From positions 95,635-159,634 of the forward strand of contig CAMYUM010000001.1 in the NCBI GenBank assembly GCA_947301965.1: DNA of 64,000 bases, written 5' to 3'. This DNA comes from an uncultured Azospirillum sp. Lineage in GTDB: Bacteria; Pseudomonadota; Alphaproteobacteria; RF32; CAG-239. Positions within the stretch are counted from its first letter, which is position 1. Each line of letters opens with the position of its first letter. Position numbers and translations under genes: made by a program. This document shows positions 57,122 through 64,000 of the stretch, one piece after another. The notes beneath the pieces are model-generated. The model saw only the letters and a list, made by a program, of their open reading frames with translations. It searched no databases and had not been told where the DNA came from.

Positions 57122-57797
57122 TATTGCTAAAGAAGCAGGTTTTAAACTTGATGTCGTAGTATCAAAACAGGCGAGAAAATTAAGCCTGCGAATCGACGCC
57201 AAGAGGCGTATTCCGGTGTTGACAATTCCGCGTTTTTGCAGCAAGCGGCAGGCGGTAGCTTTTGTGCAAGGGCAAAAGCCGTGGATAGATTTTCATCTGA
57301 GCAGGTTGCCGTATCAGAAAAATTTTGCGGACGGATATAAAATAAGCTTTAACGGAGCTGATTTTGAAATTAAGCATTGTGCCGAATTGAGGGGCGGAGT
57401 ACAAATTAAAGACGGTAAAATTTTGGTCAGCGGAAATAAAGAGTTTTTGTCGCGCCGAGTGCGTGATTTTATCAAAGAACAGGCGCAGAAAATTTTGTAT
57501 GAGCGTTCTGTCGAAAAGGCTGTCAAATTAGGCAAGAAGGTTAATCGGGTCGTAATCAAGGATACAACATCACGCTGGGGCAGTTGTTCAAGTTTACAGA
57601 ATATTAATTATAACTGGCGTATCATGTTGGCACCGAGTAAGGTGATTGATTATTTGGTGGCGCATGAGGTTTCGCATTTAGCGCATCAGGATCATTCAGA
57701 AGAATTTTGGAATTGCGTTGACGAATTGTCCGAAGATATGGTGTTCGGACGGAATTGGCTGAAAAAACACGGCAGTGAACTGAATGAGTATGCTTGA
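57078..57797 (+). CDS. YgjP/DUF45 (SprT-like, M48-related) zinc metallohydrolase
   Basis: It has WGSCS and the HEVSHLAHQDHS motif (HExxH). The start overlaps the ycgN end. Confidence 0.65.
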   Translation: MTNMKITLLTGKTFDIAKEAGFKLDVVVSKQARKLSLRIDAKRRIPVLTIPRFCSKRQAVAFVQGQKPWIDFHLSRLPYQKNFADGYKISFNGADFEIKHCAELRGGVQIKDGKILVSGNKEFLSRRVRDFIKEQAQKILYERSVEKAVKLGKKVNRVVIKDTTSRWGSCSSLQNINYNWRIMLAPSKVIDYLVAHEVSHLAHQDHSEEFWNCVDELSEDMVFGRNWLKKHGSELNEYA

Positions 57798-57864
57798 TAA
57801 ACTTGATTTCGGTGCGCAAAAAAACTATATTATAAGCAGTTGTTAGAATTGACGGGAGAAAGTT

Positions 57865-58578
57865 ATGTTGGAGAAAAATTATACATCAGCAGTAGAAAAA
57901 GCTGAAATTGATGAAGGATTGCGCAGTTATTTTATAAGTGTGTACAATCATATGGCCGGCGGTTTGGTTCTGACGGCTTTGGCTGCGTGGATTGTAGCCA
58001 ATACGCCACTGATAAACCTTATGTTTAGTGCGCAGGGCGGAATGTCGATTTTGGGATGGTTGTTTCTGTTGGCACCTTTAATTGTTGTTTTTGCATTCGG
58101 CTGGGTGGTCGCACGCGGAACTTTGGCTCAAGTCAGAGGCACATTTATTGTATATTCGGTGCTGATGGGGATTTCTTTGGCTCCGATATTTTTGGTTTAC
58201 ACCGGTGCAAGTATGGCAAGAGTATTTTTGATTACTGCCGGAACTTTCGGTGGTATGAGCCTTTACGGTTATGTCACCAAGCGCGACTTGACTTCGGTAG
58301 GCTCTTTTTTGAAGATGGGGCTGTGGGGAATAATCATTGCAATGTTGGTTAATCTGTTTTTGAAAAGCAGTGCCCTTGATTTTGCATTGTCAATCGTAAG
58401 CGTTTTTGTTTTTGTAGGGTTGACCGCATATGATACTCAAAAAATTCGTCAAATTTATATGTCGGCGGACAGCGCTGATGCACAGGGGCGTAAGGTTGTT
58501 GTGGGTGCATTGGAGCTTTATCTGGACTTTATAAACCTGTTTATGGCATTGCTCAGACTTATGGGCAACCGCAGATAA
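57865..58578 (+). CDS. Bax-inhibitor-1/YccA (TMBIM) family membrane protein
   Basis: A 237-aa protein with seven TM helices. The C-terminal ALELYLDFINLFMALLRLMG fits the BI-1 family. Confidence 0.75.
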   Translation: MLEKNYTSAVEKAEIDEGLRSYFISVYNHMAGGLVLTALAAWIVANTPLINLMFSAQGGMSILGWLFLLAPLIVVFAFGWVVARGTLAQVRGTFIVYSVLMGISLAPIFLVYTGASMARVFLITAGTFGGMSLYGYVTKRDLTSVGSFLKMGLWGIIIAMLVNLFLKSSALDFALSIVSVFVFVGLTAYDTQKIRQIYMSADSADAQGRKVVVGALELYLDFINLFMALLRLMGNRR

Positions 58579-58585
58579 AACAAAA

Positions 58586-58612
58586 AAGCTCCGATAATTC
58601 GGAGCTTTTTTT
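58586..58612. terminator. Bidirectional terminator between the BI-1 gene and the convergent NMO-like gene
   Basis: Hairpin aagctccgataattcggagctt followed by T7. Confidence 0.65.
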
Positions 58613-58613
58613 A

Positions 58614-60053
58614 TTAATCACCGTTTTTGATTTTATCGATAAGTTCTTTAACGCTGGGAATGCAACCGTTGCGATACAGAGGATCGGTCGCAAAGCGATA
58701 AACCTGGTGTCCGGCAAATAAAAGATGATCTTTTACGCTGCCGCCATGACCGACTTCATACAAGGTTTTGTGTATGCAATAGGTGCGCGGGTCAGGGATT
58801 TTGCCGGTTGATTTGGTTGGTGAAGATGCCGACCAAGTTGAAAATTGGCATTGCGATAGACAACCGACGCAATTTTTGCGGTCTTCTTTCATTTGTTTCC
58901 ATTCTTCAGGGGTCATGAAAACAACGGTTTTATCAGGTGTTTCCTTAACCTCGGTCAACCCGGCATTAATTTGGTTCATGGCTTTTTCTTTGTCACATGA
59001 CTTTATAAATACGGTTTTATGCTCATTGATAACCAAAGGTTCGGTAAAATCACCCTCGGCAGTTTCATTATATGCGACTTCTCCGTTTTTGCGTTCAATC
59101 AGTTTTTCAAGAAAAGTGTTTTTGATTGCGGATGAAAAAAATCCGGTCGGACTGAAACGCTGTAAAATTACGTCTCCTTTTTTAACCTGCAGCATAACTT
59201 TTTTCCAGGCTTCGCTGACAGGACTTTCTTTGGTAATCATCGGACGGGTGCCGAATTGAAAAGCAATTTTTCCAATGTCCGGATTGTCAATGTAGTCTTC
59301 CCAGTCTTTTAGTTTCCAGATGCCGCCGGCAAGAATAATCGGAATGGCTTGGAGACCGTAACTGTCCATTAAACGCCGCAGTTCAACTACACGGTTATAG
59401 GGAGTTTCGGGCTGTTCAGGGTTTTCGGCATTAGACAGACCATTGTGTCCGCCAGCCAGCCAGGGGTCTTCGTATACAACACCGCCGAGAAATTCGGTAA
59501 AACGGCTATACGCCCTCTTCCATAAAATGTTGAAGGCACGGGCAGAAGATATAATCGGATAGTAATAAACTCCAAACTTGGTGGCCAGCTCTCCTAAATG
59601 GTAGGGCATGCCTGCTCCGCAAGTGATGCCATTAATAAGACCTTTAGCTTTAGATAAAACGCCTTCTAATACGGTTTGCGAATCGGCCATTTCCCAAAGC
59701 ATGTTCATGTGAATACGCCCGTTGCCGTTAGAAATTTCGTGAGCGACCTGAGCCTGAGCAACACCACCTTTAATCGCCATGTCAATCATTTCTTGATGGC
59801 GTTCGGCTCGGGTTTTGCGGGTGAAGATTTCAGCAACGACGTTTCCTTTCTCGTCGTAAAAGTCGGGACTTACGCCGGAAAATGTTCCGACACAGTTTTC
59901 GTGCGCCCAAGCACCGCTGCTGCGCCCGTCACTGGCGTTAATCCCTTTTCCGCCTTCAACCAACGGCAGGACTTCTTTTCCTGAAATCATAATCGGTTTT
60001 AAATTTAACAAAGTTTTACCTTTCAATTCTGTGCAACGTTTGAGTAATAGCAC
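58614..60053 (-). CDS. TIM-barrel flavin oxidoreductase of the nitronate monooxygenase/FabK-like superfamily with a C-terminal Cys cluster (tentative)
   Basis: Gly-rich FMN-barrel-like segments are present (PIILAGGIWK). The C-terminus carries CVGCLSQC. The family assignment is uncertain. Confidence 0.4.
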   Translation of the reverse strand: MLLLKRCTELKGKTLLNLKPIMISGKEVLPLVEGGKGINASDGRSSGAWAHENCVGTFSGVSPDFYDEKGNVVAEIFTRKTRAERHQEMIDMAIKGGVAQAQVAHEISNGNGRIHMNMLWEMADSQTVLEGVLSKAKGLINGITCGAGMPYHLGELATKFGVYYYPIISSARAFNILWKRAYSRFTEFLGGVVYEDPWLAGGHNGLSNAENPEQPETPYNRVVELRRLMDSYGLQAIPIILAGGIWKLKDWEDYIDNPDIGKIAFQFGTRPMITKESPVSEAWKKVMLQVKKGDVILQRFSPTGFFSSAIKNTFLEKLIERKNGEVAYNETAEGDFTEPLVINEHKTVFIKSCDKEKAMNQINAGLTEVKETPDKTVVFMTPEEWKQMKEDRKNCVGCLSQCQFSTWSASSPTKSTGKIPDPRTYCIHKTLYEVGHGGSVKDHLLFAGHQVYRFATDPLYRNGCIPSVKELIDKIKNGD

Positions 60054-60077
60054 TAAATAGTCTTTTTGTATATAAAA

Positions 60078-61571
60078 TTATTTGGTCAGCATAAAAAGTT
60101 CAAGAGGTATGTTGTTGATGGCAAACAAACATATGAGCAGACAAAACAAAGCGTAAACAAATAATGTTATGGGAACGGCCGGAATATTGAGAAGCGGAAG
60201 ATGTCGGGAGAACTTGTTGAGTCCGCGGTGCAGCGCTATCATAATTAAGATGATAATTACTGTTTGAGCGCCGATACCTATTTTGTGTATGGAGGCGGCA
60301 AACGGATTGAGTATGGGGTATAGTAAACTCCAAAATAAAAAGTATAAGGCAATTACTCCGGAACTTATATAATTCAAAGTTTTGAGTTTTTTCATTTGCT
60401 CATTTTTATCGCGAGCAATTTTTTCGGGAGTGAGATTTTCAACAGCCATGCCGCGAATGGTTTTGGGGTTTTGGAATTGCTTGCGGATATCGCTGAGATT
60501 GGCCTTTAGTTTTTCTTCCATCATGCATAAGCCACACCCTTTGGAAGAAAAATAAACGTGGTTGTGATTTTTTTTACAATGACGCAGATTGGCAATCAAT
60601 TTGCGTAAATGATGTTCCCACTCTTGAGCGGTGGGGCGTTTGAGCCCTCGAACAAAAGCACGGTCAAAAAGCTCAAGGGTTTCTTTGTCAAAATAATCAT
60701 GAATCGAATAGGGGTGCGGAGCTTGATAAAGATCAGCCCATGAGCCGTAGGCGTAGTGATTTTGAGCAATTCTTTCCTGAATGGTAAGATTGGGAGAGGA
60801 ATTTTTGCGAGGTGTTCCCGAAAAAGGATGAATACCGTTATTGAGTAATTTGAAAATGATAACGGCAAGAGCAAACTTGTCCTGCTCCTCGCCCATCTCA
60901 TCACATCCTTGGTCCATGCCTTCGGGATAGATATATTCTTCACTGACATATTCGGCGGGATAGCGATTTTTTTCACCTTTGATGGAAAAGCCGTCGCAGT
61001 CAAGCATGGAAATCAACATGCTTTCTTTGTAAACGTATACGTTCGACGGTTTGAGGTCGACTATGTAGTGGCCTTTTTCATGAAGGGCGGCAACCATAGA
61101 ACTAAGATTGCAGGCAATACGAATCCTGTATTCATAATTTTCGGGAAGTTTTAGTTTTTGACGCGTGGCTCGCTGCATAAAATGGTCAAGAGAAGCGGCA
61201 AGGCTTAAGTCAATACGCGGCATAAGATAGCCGACACAAAACCCGTTTTCATTTTCAAGCAAGGCTTCGGGCCAGGCAATTTGAATATATTTTTCGCCAT
61301 CGTCCATGGTGAATTCTTTACCGTTTTTGAGTGCGGGAGAAAAAGCCGGACGATTGAGCAACATAGCTTGCAGTTTTTCGCGATTGGTACTGCTTTTTGA
61401 AAGACTGTGAAAAATTTTTGCTACCAGTCTCGGATGTTCCTGCACCTCAAAAATTCTGCCAGCGGCACCGCCTTTGTTGACGAGTTCACCGAGGGTGATT
61501 TTTTCAAAGGAGCCGTCACCATAAACAGCGCTGTATGTCGTACCGATGTTTTCTATCATAGTTTGGCCCAA
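60078..61571 (-). CDS. Ser/Thr protein kinase-like protein with a C-terminal multi-TM anchor
   Basis: It has a beta3 Lys (VAKIF), the catalytic loop HYIVDLKPSNVYV (HxDLKPxN), a DFG-like DCDGFS motif, and three or four C-terminal TM helices. Confidence 0.7.
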   Translation of the reverse strand: MGQTMIENIGTTYSAVYGDGSFEKITLGELVNKGGAAGRIFEVQEHPRLVAKIFHSLSKSSTNREKLQAMLLNRPAFSPALKNGKEFTMDDGEKYIQIAWPEALLENENGFCVGYLMPRIDLSLAASLDHFMQRATRQKLKLPENYEYRIRIACNLSSMVAALHEKGHYIVDLKPSNVYVYKESMLISMLDCDGFSIKGEKNRYPAEYVSEEYIYPEGMDQGCDEMGEEQDKFALAVIIFKLLNNGIHPFSGTPRKNSSPNLTIQERIAQNHYAYGSWADLYQAPHPYSIHDYFDKETLELFDRAFVRGLKRPTAQEWEHHLRKLIANLRHCKKNHNHVYFSSKGCGLCMMEEKLKANLSDIRKQFQNPKTIRGMAVENLTPEKIARDKNEQMKKLKTLNYISSGVIALYFLFWSLLYPILNPFAASIHKIGIGAQTVIIILIMIALHRGLNKFSRHLPLLNIPAVPITLFVYALFCLLICLFAINNIPLELFMLTK

Positions 61572-62326
61572 AGGAATGTTTTGTCATCAGGATTGATTTT
61601 TTGTGCTTGCGGGGTGCTTAAAGTGTTATAAAGAGCGCGATAAGCCCGCTTTTTAAGACGCTCGCTGCTCAAAAAACGATCTATAGGCAAAAGGAAACGG
61701 GACTCAATACGGCTATAGTCAGGCGAAAACGAAAAACCGGTAACCCCGTCACTCATCATCATAATGGTATGAGCTTTTTCGAAGGTGGTAAATCTGATGC
61801 AATCACGCCAGTCGTCCATAGTGTAAAAATATGTTTCACACGAAAAAATGCCGTTTTCGGGTTTTGAGGTTATGTAATGAGAAAAGTCATTACCGGTAAA
61901 AGCTAAGGCAGCACCATCACCGATATGGAAAAAAATTCCGCGATTTTTATGACAGACAACTCCGACCAAGGTTGCGGCAAAGGCCATCAGTCCGCGAGTA
62001 TTGTTGCGGGAATTGAGGCGATGAAACAGTAATTTTTCGCGGGCTATTTCAACAGAATTTATGATAGATGTTTTGATGTCGACAAAAGGTACGTTGGACA
62101 ATAAATCAACGAGCGTATCGCACAAAATTTTGGCTCCGATACGTCCGTATTTTGCAGAACCGGCACCATCAGAAATAACGGCAACAAAGTTATCGCCGTT
62201 TGTTGAGTGGCGGCAATAATCCTGACAGGGAGCCTTTTTTATTTTGTGTAAAGGTCCCGTAACACAAGCAGATAATACGCGAATGTGTTTAGTGTTGTTC
62301 TTCATCCCAGTTTCCAGTGTCTTCAA
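61556..62326 (-). CDS. PP2C-family Ser/Thr phosphatase
   Basis: It has the PP2C metal-binding motifs AVISDGAGSAKYG, FHIGDGAALAF and MMMSDGVTGF. Its ends overlap both neighbouring genes. Confidence 0.7.
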   Translation of the reverse strand: MKTLETGMKNNTKHIRVLSACVTGPLHKIKKAPCQDYCRHSTNGDNFVAVISDGAGSAKYGRIGAKILCDTLVDLLSNVPFVDIKTSIINSVEIAREKLLFHRLNSRNNTRGLMAFAATLVGVVCHKNRGIFFHIGDGAALAFTGNDFSHYITSKPENGIFSCETYFYTMDDWRDCIRFTTFEKAHTIMMMSDGVTGFSFSPDYSRIESRFLLPIDRFLSSERLKKRAYRALYNTLSTPQAQKINPDDKTFLWAKL

Positions 62327-62981
62327 GATAATCAGAAGTATTTGGAGCTGCTTTTGATATGCAGGATACGCTACGGCTTAACCATAAGAAAAACTCAGTA
62401 AATTTGAGACCGCTGAGGCGTTTGGGTGAATTCAGCGAGAATTTTGCGAGTTTTTCGAGGTTTGCTTCTTCGGTGCCGACAGCATGAATAACAACTTTTT
62501 TGTTTTTTTGAGCAAGACAACATTTTTGTGCCACGCTTTCCCAATCATAGTCAGTCGGCTCTCCGTCGCTAATCAGAAAAATCCACGGACGTTTTGATGT
62601 AATTCCGCAACTGTCATACAGGCATTTTTGCTCTTCAATTTTTTGCAAAGCAAGTTCCATTGCTTTACCCAGAGGAGTTAGACCTCCGGCGACCATCTCA
62701 GGAGCAGTGAAGTTCATGGCATCAACCCAATCTGCAGAAACCTCGGTTTCGTCTTTTCCGAAAGCTTTGATAATTAAGAGCTGAACGCGAGAACTGGCAT
62801 CAATATCTTCTTTGAGTTCTCTTTCAAGAGCTTTCAGTCCGGCGTTGAGCTGTTTTATAGGTTCGCCGCGCATTGAGCCGGAGCAATCCAAAACCAAAAC
62901 ACAGGGCGTGCGTTCGTTGGCGTTGTCGGCAAACTCTACATAAGGAATCATTTCGTCAATAAAATTATTTTGGGCGCTCAT
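62289..62981 (-). CDS. von Willebrand factor A (vWA) domain protein
   Basis: The MIDAS motif is present as LVLDCSGSM...T...FLISDGEPTD. Confidence 0.75.
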   Translation of the reverse strand: MSAQNNFIDEMIPYVEFADNANERTPCVLVLDCSGSMRGEPIKQLNAGLKALERELKEDIDASSRVQLLIIKAFGKDETEVSADWVDAMNFTAPEMVAGGLTPLGKAMELALQKIEEQKCLYDSCGITSKRPWIFLISDGEPTDYDWESVAQKCCLAQKNKKVVIHAVGTEEANLEKLAKFSLNSPKRLSGLKFTEFFLWLSRSVSCISKAAPNTSDYLEDTGNWDEEQH

Positions 62982-62992
62982 GTATATTGTCC

Positions 62993-63127
62993 TTATTTCC
63001 TGGGGTAAGAGTGAGGATATCCGCTACCTTCTAGGGTCGACGGGCTGGATGTTTTGCCGCAACTGCTAATACCGGCAATCGTGGCAAAAAGCAATACGGC
63101 AAATGTTAGTTTGACCAGTGTCTGCAT
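62993..63127 (-). CDS. Candidate 44-aa lipoprotein directly upstream of the vWA gene (absent from the ORF track)
   Basis: Hand translation gives MQTLVKLTFAVLLFATIAGISSCGKTSSPSTLEGSGYPHSYPRK. It has a signal peptide and a lipobox, and its stop lies 11 nt before the vWA ATG. Confidence 0.3.
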   Translation of the reverse strand: MQTLVKLTFAVLLFATIAGISSCGKTSSPSTLEGSGYPHSYPRK

Positions 63128-63202
63128 ATTTTCTACCTTTTGCTTGTATGTTTTATGCTAATGGTTATATAATAAAATGAGATGAAATACAAAAAATAAA
63201 AT

Positions 63203-63754
63203 ATGGTTGTTAATAAGAAGATGAAGATAAAAAATAAAGTACTGGTATTGTTGTTTTTGCTTTTTGCAACGGTAACAGTCTGCGCTAAAGAACGTGCAAA
63301 TATATATTCTCATTCTCGTGATTTGCCAAATAAGGAACTGATCAGCGAGACCGGCGGCAAAGTCAAACTTAGTGCTTTTGAGGGCGATTTTGTTATTGCC
63401 ATTTTTTGGTCAAGGTACTGTGTACCATGTATAAAAGAACTGAAAAATCTGAGCAATTTTGTTGAAAAAACACGCAATGACGGTATCAGAGTAATCATGA
63501 TTTCACCCAAAGGCGAATGGGTCAGCGGTTTTGTGGAACAACGCAGTTTTATGCAGCGTTTTGAAGCCAGCAACTTAGAGATTTATGTTGACGAAAAAGA
63601 AGCCGTAGCTTCGGCTTTGGGAATATTTTCATCGCCGGTGAGCGTATTAATAAGCCGCGAAGGTCAGGAAATCGGACGCATTCGCGGCAGTATTGAATGG
63701 GATAAACCGGAAATTATAGAATATATCTATAAAATCAAAGCCAAACACGGCTAA
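63203..63754 (+). CDS. TlpA/ResA-like periplasmic thiol-disulfide oxidoreductase
   Basis: A signal peptide plus FWSRYCVPCIKE, which carries the thioredoxin-fold CxxC active site. Confidence 0.7.
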   Translation: MVVNKKMKIKNKVLVLLFLLFATVTVCAKERANIYSHSRDLPNKELISETGGKVKLSAFEGDFVIAIFWSRYCVPCIKELKNLSNFVEKTRNDGIRVIMISPKGEWVSGFVEQRSFMQRFEASNLEIYVDEKEAVASALGIFSSPVSVLISREGQEIGRIRGSIEWDKPEIIEYIYKIKAKHG

Positions 63755-64000
63755 TCTTGCAGGTGTAATTGCGGGAACAATTCTTTACCCAAAGTAAGAC
63801 GACTTCTTTGAGTATCAATTGAAGTTGCCAAGTTGAGTTTTCCGGTTTTGACAATTGCACGGACCTGGTCACCTTGTGTGGTGTCAGGATTGGCAAACAC
63901 ATAGGAAACTTGCGGCATCTTGTTTTTAATACCGGTAAGAGTTTGGTGCATTACAGCCAACATACCGCGTGAGAACAAGTCGTATGCCAACTCTTCGGTC
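63751..64000 (-). CDS. C-terminal fragment of a gene continuing beyond the right edge, possibly a periplasmic substrate-binding protein
   Basis: The ORF runs to the window end. The sequence ...VSYVFANPDTTQGDQVRAIVKTGK... weakly resembles the C-termini of ABC-transporter binding proteins. Confidence 0.3.
   Translation of the reverse strand, partial: TEELAYDLFSRGMLAVMHQTLTGIKNKMPQVSYVFANPDTTQGDQVRAIVKTGKLNLATSIDTQRSRLTLGKELFPQLHLQD

Overview
This 64 kb window looks like an ordinary chromosomal region of a roughly 40% GC Gram-negative bacterium, most likely an alphaproteobacterium. The alphaproteobacterial call rests on a GapR/DUF2312 gene and the conserved leuS-lptE-holA and rpmH-rnpA-yidD-yidC-engB orders. 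Housekeeping content is dense: pntB/pntAB/pntAA transhydrogenase, pyruvate kinase, htpG, mreCD-mrdA-rodA, rpsF-rpsR-rplI, groESL, leuS, holA, grpE, dnaB, murJ, five tRNAs and rpmB. Interleaved accessory content includes a complete trimeric NuoE/NuoF/HydA-type [FeFe]-hydrogenase operon next to a long GT5 glucan synthase, a 1026-aa Pmp-repeat autotransporter, and an 856-aa secreted Cys-rich repeat protein ending in a catalytically dead trypsin-like domain. A vWA / PP2C phosphatase / Ser-Thr kinase cassette, a single-domain voltage-gated cation channel, a phage-type lysozyme and a low-GC islet are also present. The most unusual structure is non-coding: two tRNA-Arg genes (ACG and CCG) are each followed by the same roughly 138-nt element, bounded by a 52-67 bp direct duplication of the tRNA 3' end plus its terminator. 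Each element copy begins with a palindrome built from the T-arm of its own tRNA. All calls come from reading the ORF translations and the sequence; no database searches were possible.
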